From a virus (taxonomy: Duplodnaviria > Heunggongvirae > Uroviricota > Caudoviricetes), in IMG/VR virus record IMGVR_UViG_3300037400_003300, positions 1 to 16,272 of that record: a stretch of DNA of 16,272 bases; one strand, given 5' to 3'. Shown in pieces: positions 1 to 6,771 of the stretch (positions are counted from its first letter, which is position 1; every line of letters starts with the position of its first letter). Made by a program: the position numbers and the translations under genes. The notes below the pieces were generated by a model. The model did no database searches. It was given only the letters and a program-made list of their open reading frames with translations, and was not told where the DNA came from.

Positions 1-81
1 CCTTCAACACCTGTTTATGGAAGAACACCTATTTTCACATGCAATCAGAATCAGTGCGGATGCGGCTGTGGAATGGGCTGA
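1..81 (+). CDS. 3' end of a phage accessory protein with Cys/Gly-rich tail (partial)
   Basis: Frame 1 reads PSTPVYGRTPIFTCNQNQCGCGCGMG-stop(TGA 79-81). This resembles the P/Cys/Gly-rich C-termini seen in a recurrent gut-phage gene cluster (recollection, not searched). Confidence 0.75.
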   Translation, partial: PSTPVYGRTPIFTCNQNQCGCGCGMG

Positions 82-92
82 CTTTTAATTTT

Positions 93-142
93 CCTAGCAC
101 AATGATATAATTATTTACAAAGTAATTTAGCGTGTTAGGAGG
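93..142 (+). promoter_or_regulatory. Extended -10 promoter inside an SD-sequestering inverted repeat upstream of the HNH gene
   Basis: TGATATAAT at 103-111. CCTAGCAC (93-100) can pair with GTGTTAGG (132-139, one G-U), which overlaps the AGGAGG SD at 137-142. Confidence 0.6.
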
Positions 143-148
143 TTGAAA

Positions 149-778
149 ATGTCACACTTTATAGATATTACAGGGAATAAGTATAATCGTTTGACAGTAT
201 TGGAAAGAGTGGAAGGTACAACACCAGCTACTTGGAAATGTATATGTGATTGTGGAAATATCACCTTTGTTAGAGGGCAAAACCTAAAAAGCGGAGCGGT
301 CAAAAGCTGTGGGTGTTTATTACATGAAAAGCATAATACACATCATTTATCGCAAACAAAGATTTATCATATATGGCACGCCATGATAAATAGGTGCTAT
401 TACGAGAAAGGTAAAGCATATAAGAATTATGGTGGTAGAGGCATAAAGGTTTGCGAGGATTGGAAAAAATCTTTTGATTCGTTTTATGCGTGGTCAATAG
501 ATAATGGCTATCAAGAAGGACTCAGCATAGAGAGAATCAACAATAATGATGACTATAAGCCAACTAACTGTAAATGGATTAAAAGAAGTGAGCAAGCTCA
601 AAATAGACGCAGAAATTATAGCGTGACAATAAATGGAGTTACAAAAAATTTGACGGAATGGTGCAAAGAATATGGTGTTGATTATGGATTGGTTCATAAT
701 AGATGCCATAAACTCCATTGGGATTTTGAAAAAGCACTTACTACTCCTTGTGATATCACCAAAAGAAACAAGAAATGA
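149..778 (+). CDS. Free-standing HNH-family homing endonuclease
   Basis: Motifs DITGNKYNRLTV, WKCICDCG, KSCGC, YKNYGGRGIKVCEDW and SIERINNNDDYKPTNCKW are typical of phage HNH endonucleases. SD AGGAGG lies 6 nt before ATG 149. Confidence 0.85.
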   Translation: MSHFIDITGNKYNRLTVLERVEGTTPATWKCICDCGNITFVRGQNLKSGAVKSCGCLLHEKHNTHHLSQTKIYHIWHAMINRCYYEKGKAYKNYGGRGIKVCEDWKKSFDSFYAWSIDNGYQEGLSIERINNNDDYKPTNCKWIKRSEQAQNRRRNYSVTINGVTKNLTEWCKEYGVDYGLVHNRCHKLHWDFEKALTTPCDITKRNKK

Positions 779-788
779 GGTGATTATT

Positions 789-1265
789 ATTTCAGAGTAT
801 GTATACAATCCTGTACAGGAAGTACAACCGAACCAGAATGTATTATTACAAGGCTCTATCCCTTGCAATAAGGGCTATGTTTATCATAGGGATGGAAGCG
901 GTATTCTTACTCTCAGGGGCATTGTAAACAACGTCAATGGTTGCTTTGCACGATACCAGGTTACTTTCAACGGAAATATTGCTGTTCCTTCCGATGGAAC
1001 AGTTGGGCCTATAGCGATTGCTCTTTCGATTAATGGAGAACCCATTCAGACATCAAGAGCAATTGTAACCCCGGCAGCTGTTGCAACCGATCCGCCTACT
1101 ACAGAAAACTTCTTTAACGTAACATCAACGGCAATAATCACAGTACCCAGAGGATGCTGCCTTAGTGTTGCAGTAGAGAATGTATCTGAAGGAGCAACAG
1201 CCGCAGATCCCGCACCTGTAATTTTAGTGCAGAACGCTAACTTAGTTGTTGATAGAATTGCCTGA
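789..1265 (+). CDS. Conserved phage accessory protein, predicted beta-rich (possibly BclA C-terminal/C1q-like fold); apparent ATT start
   Basis: The 672-1265 ORF overlaps the HNH gene in its first third. The plausible coding part begins at (I)SEYVYNPVQ after SD GAGGTG (777-782). The fold assignment is recollection and needs HHpred. Confidence 0.65.
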   Translation: MSEYVYNPVQEVQPNQNVLLQGSIPCNKGYVYHRDGSGILTLRGIVNNVNGCFARYQVTFNGNIAVPSDGTVGPIAIALSINGEPIQTSRAIVTPAAVATDPPTTENFFNVTSTAIITVPRGCCLSVAVENVSEGATAADPAPVILVQNANLVVDRIA

Positions 1266-1276
1266 AAGGAGCGCAG

Positions 1277-1705
1277 ATGAAAGTATACGATCAGATAAGA
1301 GATATGCTGTGCGATGAGCTTGAAGGAATTGCGAAGAAGAAAGAGCTTACTACTAATAGCCTGGAAGTTCTTTATAAAGGTGTTGATATTCTTAAGGATA
1401 TTTCAACCATAGAAGCTATGGAGCAGGAATATGGAAGCTCACATGATAGCGGATATTCTGGCGGCTATTATGGAAGAATGCCTTACTACATGTATGATGA
1501 TGGTATGGGCGGTCATGGTAATTCTTATGGCAGAGGTCGTAATGCAAGACGTGATTCTATGGGAAGATATTCAAGCGAGGGAAGGTCATACGATTATGAC
1601 TACTCCGGAGATACCAAAGAAGAATTGCAGAGACTTATGAACTCGGCTCAGAATGACAGAGAAAGAGAAGCCATTAGGAAAGCTCTCGACAGCATGAATA
1701 GATAA
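1277..1705 (+). CDS. Conserved phage hypothetical protein with Tyr/Gly/Ser-rich low-complexity core
   Basis: SD AAGGAG before ATG 1277. Helical N-terminus, then GYSGGYYGRMPYYMYDDGMGG and GRGRNARRDSMGRYS, then a helical C-terminus. Confidence 0.8.
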   Translation: MKVYDQIRDMLCDELEGIAKKKELTTNSLEVLYKGVDILKDISTIEAMEQEYGSSHDSGYSGGYYGRMPYYMYDDGMGGHGNSYGRGRNARRDSMGRYSSEGRSYDYDYSGDTKEELQRLMNSAQNDREREAIRKALDSMNR

Positions 1706-1711
1706 AAAATG

Positions 1712-1742
1712 AAGGGATAGCCGATATAGCTATCCCTTTTTT
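1712..1742. terminator. Probable bidirectional intrinsic terminator
   Basis: AAGGGATAGC-CGATATA-GCTATCCCTT hairpin with a T-run on the right and an A-run on the left, between convergent genes. Confidence 0.85.
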
Positions 1743-2085
1743 ATACGTTCAATAACTTAGTTACTGCCTCTTTAATTCCAGATGTAGATGTTCTATATGC
1801 AGAAATCATCTTAAGTTCGTAATTAGTTGGATTTATATTATGATTAGAATCGCTATCAGTGTATTTATCAATAATATCAGATAATCCGACATTAAAGTAT
1901 TCAGCAACCTTTCTTAATGTGCTGATGTTAGGAATGGCTTTTCCATTCACCCATTGATTGAAAGTAGGGGGGTTAATATCAAGATCAATAGCAACATCTT
2001 TTTGGTCTTTTTGAGAAAGGGAAATAAACCTAGTAAGATTATCTGCTATTATGCTTCTTTGTTCTTGGTCAGAGTAGTATCCCAT
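1741..2085 (-). CDS. XRE-family HTH repressor (CI-like)
   Basis: SQKDVAIDLDINPPTFNQWVNGKAIPNISTLRKVAEYFNV-type HTH. Divergent from a small Cro-like gene. SD AGAAAGG on the minus strand. Confidence 0.88.
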   Translation of the reverse strand: MGYYSDQEQRSIIADNLTRFISLSQKDQKDVAIDLDINPPTFNQWVNGKAIPNISTLRKVAEYFNVGLSDIIDKYTDSDSNHNINPTNYELKMISAYRTSTSGIKEAVTKLLNV

Positions 2086-2310
2086 AAAAAACTAAAACCT
2101 TTCTTTTTTTGATAATCATATTATACTTCGCAAAAAATTACAAATAATTCATAATAAATTATAGTAAAAACCACAATTTGTTCAAGATATTATCGGAAAA
2201 AACACAAAATATACTGTTTTTTCAATATTTTAGTCAAAAATGCAATGTTGATGTTAGACTAAATATTTCGCAATATAGTATATTTTATATACAAAAAATT
2301 ATAGAAATTA

Positions 2311-2339
2311 TTGAAAATCAAATTAAAATGAATTATCAT
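2311..2339 (+). promoter_or_regulatory. Sigma-A-type rightward promoter for the cro/early operon
   Basis: TTGAAA (2311-2316), 17-nt spacer, TATCAT (2334-2339), upstream of the cro-like ATG at 2386. Confidence 0.6.
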
Positions 2340-2385
2340 TATATTATATTCATGACGAGGGGAAAACATAAACAGGGGGAGTCAA

Positions 2386-2574
2386 ATGAAAATATGTCTA
2401 AAGGCTTGCAGGATAAATGCCAAGATGAATCGTAAGCAATTTGCCGAGAAACTTAATGTCTCGGAGTCTACTATATTTAACTGGGAGAATGGTAAAACAG
2501 AACCCACATTGAATAATCTAAGAAAAATAAGCGAAATCTGCGATATTCCTATTGATTATATAAGTACGGATTAA
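2386..2574 (+). CDS. Cro-like XRE HTH regulator
   Basis: 62 aa; LKACRINAKMNRKQFAEKLNVSESTIFNWENGKTEP HTH; SD GGGGGAG. Confidence 0.88.
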   Translation: MKICLKACRINAKMNRKQFAEKLNVSESTIFNWENGKTEPTLNNLRKISEICDIPIDYISTD

Positions 2575-2630
2575 TTCATTTATTTTGATTTATAGTTCAT
2601 TATTATTTATGAATCAGAAAGGAAATGCGC

Positions 2631-2840
2631 ATGTTAGGAATGGTAATTAAAGTTTTTAAAAAAAAGAAATATACAAATAGAAGTTATGGTTTTATAAGCG
2701 CATATGATGGTGAATCATATTGGTTTAATTTAAAGGGCCTTGAAGATATAAAGGTTGGAGATGAAGTTAGTTTTTCAGGGAGCGTAAATGGAAAAGGATT
2801 AGTTGCGAGATATGTTAAAAAAGTTACTGAAGAAAATTGA
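2631..2840 (+). CDS. Cold-shock-domain-like (OB-fold) nucleic-acid-binding protein
   Basis: G-x-V-x-K-x-F ... YGFI (RNP1-like) ... DGESYWF (RNP2-like) ... GDEVSF ... KGLVA pattern. ATG 2631 is better spaced from SD AAAGGA than ATG 2625. Confidence 0.7.
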   Translation: MLGMVIKVFKKKKYTNRSYGFISAYDGESYWFNLKGLEDIKVGDEVSFSGSVNGKGLVARYVKKVTEEN

Positions 2841-3405
2841 TATTCAGATATTTATTTATACAGTAATTATTGTCGCAATGATCTACTTGTTTTTTGATCT
2901 TGTTTCGATAGATGCCGGAGGAAAAGAAGCAGATGCGTCAGAACAAGTAGAAATCATGCATTTAGAAGAAAGTAATACACAAAATGTATATGCAAGCAAT
3001 TCACCTGTTGAAATGGGCACAAATAATATTGTAGAGCTAACTATAGAAGAAGCGCAGCTTCTTATGAAAATTGCTTGGAGCGAAGCAGGCAATAAAGGAA
3101 TTGAAGGACAACTTGCAATAATGAATGTCGTAATGAATCGAGTAGCAGATGAAAACTTTCCTAACACTATAGAGGATGTGATCTATCAAAAACTTGGCAA
3201 TCATTATCAGTTTACAGTTGTCGGCAATGGAGTATTTAAAAACGCTGAGCCTACAGAGGAAACACATCTTGCATTAGCAGAACTTGAAAGTGGAAAAGAT
3301 ATTTCACAGGGAGCATTGTTTTTTGAAGCTTCCACAAAAAAGAGCTGGCATAAGAATCATAGAGAATTTCTTTTCGAGGATTACGGCCATAGATTCTATA
3401 AATAA
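2812..3405 (+). CDS. SleB/CwlJ-family cell wall hydrolase (Hydrolase_2) with N-terminal membrane anchor
   Basis: LLMKIAWSEAG (putative catalytic Glu), GQLAIMNVVMNRV, FPNTIEDVIYQ, YQF, GALFF and GHRFY. Hydrophobic IFIYTVIIVAMIYLFF segment near the N-terminus. Confidence 0.85.
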   Translation: MLKKLLKKIDIQIFIYTVIIVAMIYLFFDLVSIDAGGKEADASEQVEIMHLEESNTQNVYASNSPVEMGTNNIVELTIEEAQLLMKIAWSEAGNKGIEGQLAIMNVVMNRVADENFPNTIEDVIYQKLGNHYQFTVVGNGVFKNAEPTEETHLALAELESGKDISQGALFFEASTKKSWHKNHREFLFEDYGHRFYK

Positions 3406-3408
3406 GAG

Positions 3409-3438
3409 AGAGCCACCTAGATTTCTCTAAGTGGCTTT
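3409..3438 (+). terminator. Possible weak intrinsic terminator or hairpin after the hydrolase gene
   Basis: AGAGCCAC/GTGGCTTT stem with inner TAG/CTA pairing, followed by a short T-rich tail. Confidence 0.4.
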
Positions 3439-3497
3439 GGTTAAAAACATGACATTAATCATATTTTCGCTATTTATTATGGCAGAAAGGTCATATT

Positions 3498-3722
3498 ATG
3501 TCAAACACTAAAGACTGGTTTCAGGAAGTTTATTCAAATAATAAGGGAACTATCAAAAAACTTACAAAGATTGCTGCTGAGAGAGACATGACTTTAAGAC
3601 TTTCTATACATCCGGATGGAGAAGTGTTTTTTACAGCAAGCAATGAAGAAGTTCTAAAGACAATCATAAATAATTCAAAAACAATTTCATATACAAAATA
3701 TTGCTTGGAGGAGGGTGAGTAA
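3498..3722 (+). CDS. Hypothetical phage protein
   Basis: 74-aa ORF with SD AGAAAGG; its stop overlaps the recT start (TAATG). Confidence 0.7.
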   Translation: MSNTKDWFQEVYSNNKGTIKKLTKIAAERDMTLRLSIHPDGEVFFTASNEEVLKTIINNSKTISYTKYCLEEGE

Positions 3723-4498
3723 TGGCAACAACAGACAAAAACTATTTAACATCGGTACATTCTGGGATTACTGCAAGCCTCGAAAAACAGGTTTCTGCAC
3801 TTCCATCTGATTTTAATAAACAGAGATTTGTGCAGAACTGCATGACCGTTTTACAAGATGGGCAAGCTGATTTTTCAAAGTGTGAACCTTCAACAGTTGT
3901 AAGAACACTTCTTAAAGGTGCATTTCTCGGATTGGATTTCTTCGCCGGTGAATGTTATGCGATTCCTTATGGAGATAAATGCAGTTTTCAGACGGATTAC
4001 AAAGGCGAGATCAAGTTAGCAAAGAAGTATTCAAGCAATCCTATTAAGGACATATATGCAAAAGTTGTCCGCGAAGGTGATGAGTTTGAAGAAGTGATCG
4101 AGAATGGACAGCAGAAATTGAACTTTAAGCCCCAGGCTTTTAATGACGGTGAGATTGTCGGAGCATTTGCAGTTTGCCTTTATAAAGATGGTTCAATGAT
4201 CTATGACACCATGAGTAAGAAAGAGATTGAGCATACCAGGCAGTCATTTTCAAAGGCGGCTAATAGTAAGGCTTGGAAAGATGCCTATGGTGAAATGTGT
4301 AAGAAAACTGTTCTTAGAAGATTGTGTAAATTGATTGATCTTAATTTTGACAATAACGAACAATTTAAGGCTTTTGAGGATGGTGGTGCTTTTGATGTTA
4401 AGGGGACAGAGCCTAAAGAAGTCGAAAAGGCAGTAGATATTATGAGCGATGTGATAGATGTTGAGGGGACTATTATAGAGGTCCCAGAAAATGAGTGA
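3722..4498 (+). CDS. recT: RecT/Red-beta family single-strand annealing protein
   Basis: LLKGAFLGLDFFAGECYAIPYG, FQTDYKGEIKLA, VVREGDEF, IVGAFAV and W...YGEMCKKTVLRRLCK are RecT hallmarks. Confidence 0.92.
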   Translation: MATTDKNYLTSVHSGITASLEKQVSALPSDFNKQRFVQNCMTVLQDGQADFSKCEPSTVVRTLLKGAFLGLDFFAGECYAIPYGDKCSFQTDYKGEIKLAKKYSSNPIKDIYAKVVREGDEFEEVIENGQQKLNFKPQAFNDGEIVGAFAVCLYKDGSMIYDTMSKKEIEHTRQSFSKAANSKAWKDAYGEMCKKTVLRRLCKLIDLNFDNNEQFKAFEDGGAFDVKGTEPKEVEKAVDIMSDVIDVEGTIIEVPENE

Positions 4499-5336
4499 TT
4501 TTATTCTTGATGAATCAACATATTATTCGTTAGAAGCGGATATGAAGTGGTGTTCAGCTTCACAATTTAAGGATTTTTGTGGGTGTCCTTTTATTCCAGG
4601 ATGTGAAGCAAGAACAATGGCTAAATTAAAAGGGGAATATAAGCCAGAGGTTACAAATGCTTTACTTATCGGGAGCATTTTAGATGCTCTTTGGGAGAAC
4701 GATGATCCTGAATATATAGCGGCAAGATTTCCTGAATGCGTAAGTACAAGAGGAGCGACAAAAGGCCAGCTTAAAAGCGAGTTTCAATCAGCTATTACTA
4801 TGTATCAGAGAACTTTGCGAGAAAAGAAATTTTGCATATATATGAGTGGAAATAAGCAAACGATTATGACCGGAATAATTGCTGATCTTCCTTTCAAAAT
4901 AAAGATTGATTCATACATTGAAGGGAGAGCAATAGTAGACCTAAAAACTACCAGAACGCTTGATAGAGATTTTAGGTTATATATTCCGGATAGTGGAGAA
5001 AAGCTTACTTGGTATAAAGCTTTTGGATATGACATACAGCTTGCGATTTATAGGGAGATAGTAAGACAGAATACAGGTGAATCATTAAGGTGTTATCTAG
5101 CGGCAGTTGATAAAGAGAAGCATCCTATGTGTGACATTATAGAACTTCCTGCAAAGATGCTGGATGAAGCCTTGGAGCATGTAAAGAGAAATTGCAAAAA
5201 AATAATTATGCTTAAGAATGGAGAGATCGAACCAATTAAATGTGAACATTCATCTTGCGATTACTGTAGAGATAAACATGAATGCCAAGTTCTAAGCTCA
5301 GATGAATTTGAAACACATGAAATTGAGGGGACATAA
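4491..5336 (+). CDS. PD-(D/E)XK exonuclease (RecE/ExoVIII C-terminal-like, DUF3799-type)
   Basis: SASQFK, LLIGSILD, KIKIDS...IVDLKTT and YDIQLAIY motifs; adjacent to recT. Confidence 0.85.
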   Translation: MSDFILDESTYYSLEADMKWCSASQFKDFCGCPFIPGCEARTMAKLKGEYKPEVTNALLIGSILDALWENDDPEYIAARFPECVSTRGATKGQLKSEFQSAITMYQRTLREKKFCIYMSGNKQTIMTGIIADLPFKIKIDSYIEGRAIVDLKTTRTLDRDFRLYIPDSGEKLTWYKAFGYDIQLAIYREIVRQNTGESLRCYLAAVDKEKHPMCDIIELPAKMLDEALEHVKRNCKKIIMLKNGEIEPIKCEHSSCDYCRDKHECQVLSSDEFETHEIEGT

Positions 5337-5337
5337 G

Positions 5338-5703
5338 ATGGGGAAACATAAATCAATTGTAACAAAATATGAGAATTTTTCTGCTTTCAGCGGCAGCCCT
5401 AAACAATGCGAACATCATCTTTTGTTTGGTCGGGGGATAAGGCAACTTGCAGATGATGATGGGATTTGGATTCCTTTACTTGATGAAGAACATAATGCAT
5501 CAGAAAAAGGGATTAAGTTCCAAATTCATGAGAATCCGGCCGCTGAAAAATTGTCAAAAATGTGTGGGCAACTTGCATGGGAGCGTAAATATCTTGCGGA
5601 TAAATTAGCATCGGATGAAAACCTTGGACATCAATCTTCAGATGATTGGATGGACGAAGCAAGAGAAGCATTTAGGCGAAGATATGGTGAAAGCTGGTTA
5701 TAA
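5338..5703 (+). CDS. Conserved phage protein, His-rich degenerate HNH-like
   Basis: ATG 5338 after SD GAGGGG. EHHLLFGRG...IPL...HN...H and a C-terminal FRRRYGESWL are typical of a recombination-region phage family. Confidence 0.65.
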   Translation: MGKHKSIVTKYENFSAFSGSPKQCEHHLLFGRGIRQLADDDGIWIPLLDEEHNASEKGIKFQIHENPAAEKLSKMCGQLAWERKYLADKLASDENLGHQSSDDWMDEAREAFRRRYGESWL

Positions 5704-5719
5704 AAAGGGGGAAATAGAC

Positions 5720-5893
5720 ATGGAAATAAATGAATGCAGATTAGACGCAACGGTGGTACTTAACAATATTAAAGCACATAATTATACGATTCAGGATTAT
5801 CCAATGTCTGAATTTGAATCACGGATTGTAATAAAAGCACTCAATCGTTATCTTGCAGATTTGAAATTTGAGCAGGAAATAAAGGTTCATTGA
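5720..5893 (+). CDS. Hypothetical phage protein
   Basis: ATG 5720 after SD AAGGGGG; in frame with the 5615-5893 ORF. Confidence 0.65.
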   Translation: MEINECRLDATVVLNNIKAHNYTIQDYPMSEFESRIVIKALNRYLADLKFEQEIKVH

Positions 5894-5894
5894 T

Positions 5895-6365
5895 ATGTTG
5901 CAGTTTATTATACCAGAAAATTGCACAATGCCTAAAGTTGTTATCAGCGGGAATTATTATGGCAGTAAGACATTTCCCAGCCTTAATAATTTACTAGCCG
6001 AATATGGTAGGCATCCCAAAGGCGGCGGTGCAATGAAACGAAAATTTGAAAGGATTTGCTGCGATGAGGTCAGGTTTCAATTACCTGGATACATTGCCAA
6101 GAACCCTATCATACTTCATTACAGATTCTTTGAACCTTTGGATGGGCATTACAGAGACAATATGAATATTTTCTCGATGGCTGATAAATGCTTTGAGGAT
6201 GCACTTCAGGTATGCAAGGTGATACCTAATGATAATCCTAAGTTCATGCTTAATACAACACATGATTTTTTTTATCTACCTGAGAGATATGGAGAGCCAT
6301 ATTTTGAAGTATACATTGAAGAAATCGATTCTTTTGGCTTGAAGGAATTATCACAGACAGACTGA
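5895..6365 (+). CDS. rusA: RusA-like Holliday junction resolvase
   Basis: FPSLNN N-terminal motif, RDNMN...K.FEDAL...VIPNDN pattern, and location in the recombination module. One canonical acidic position appears substituted. Confidence 0.7.
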   Translation: MLQFIIPENCTMPKVVISGNYYGSKTFPSLNNLLAEYGRHPKGGGAMKRKFERICCDEVRFQLPGYIAKNPIILHYRFFEPLDGHYRDNMNIFSMADKCFEDALQVCKVIPNDNPKFMLNTTHDFFYLPERYGEPYFEVYIEEIDSFGLKELSQTD

Positions 6366-6377
6366 AAGCCATTATAA

Positions 6378-6459
6378 TCTGCGGTGGCGGAATAGGTAGA
6401 CGCAACGCTGACGAGTGTGACAGATGATTCATGTAAGGTGCAAATCCTTACCCGCAGAA
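6378..6459 (+). ncRNA. tRNA-like RNA 1 (class II-type D arm, UGCAAAU T-loop, no anticodon loop)
   Basis: Acceptor TCTGCGG/CCGCAGA; D arm GCG-GAATAGGTAGA-CGC; ACGCT-GACG-AGTGT hairpin in the anticodon position; T arm GTAAGG-TGCAAAT-CCTTAC. Confidence 0.8.
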
Positions 6460-6573
6460 TAGCTGAAATGGGCGCGACAGACTCATAAGACCAAAGGCAG
6501 AGCCATTATAAACAAAGATACCAACAAATGCGAAGCGCTTGGTACGGTAAGCCAAAATTTAAAAGGATAGAGT

Positions 6574-6730
6574 ATTGCGGTGATGGAATAGGTAGACATT
6601 AAGGGCAAGAGATACGGTCGTTAGACCATTGCGGAGAACAGCGTATGTTTGCAGTAATGAGGAATAAGACTAACTCATTATTTTCGGTTGTGGGGTATCT
6701 CATGGGAGGTGCAAATCCTCTCCCGCAAAA
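6574..6730 (+). ncRNA. tRNA-like RNA 2 with ~100-nt multibranched insert
   Basis: Acceptor TTGCGG/CCGCAA; D arm ATG-GAATAGGTAGA-CAT; insert closed by GAGATAC/GTATCTC; T arm GGGAGG-TGCAAAT-CCTCTC. Confidence 0.8.
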
Positions 6731-6771
6731 TCGTCAGAAATGACGAGCATAGACAAATCTTCTTTCATAGC

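Noticed and set aside
2178-2435. 85-aa ORF in the cI-cro intergenic region
   Set aside because: TTG start without an SD, low-complexity AT-rich translation, and it overlaps the promoter and cro.
5895-6365. Catalytically dead RusA (RDNMN instead of D-x-D-N)
   Set aside because: Phage RusA-like proteins vary at this position and I cannot align reliably by eye, so there is not enough support to claim inactivation.
6704-6730. Cobalamin riboswitch (GGTGCAAATCC...CCCGCA resembles the B12-element T-loop)
   Set aside because: The flanking B12-box (GGGAA...ACTG) context is absent, and the 3' CCGCA pairs with a 5' acceptor strand next to a tRNA D arm in all three copies.
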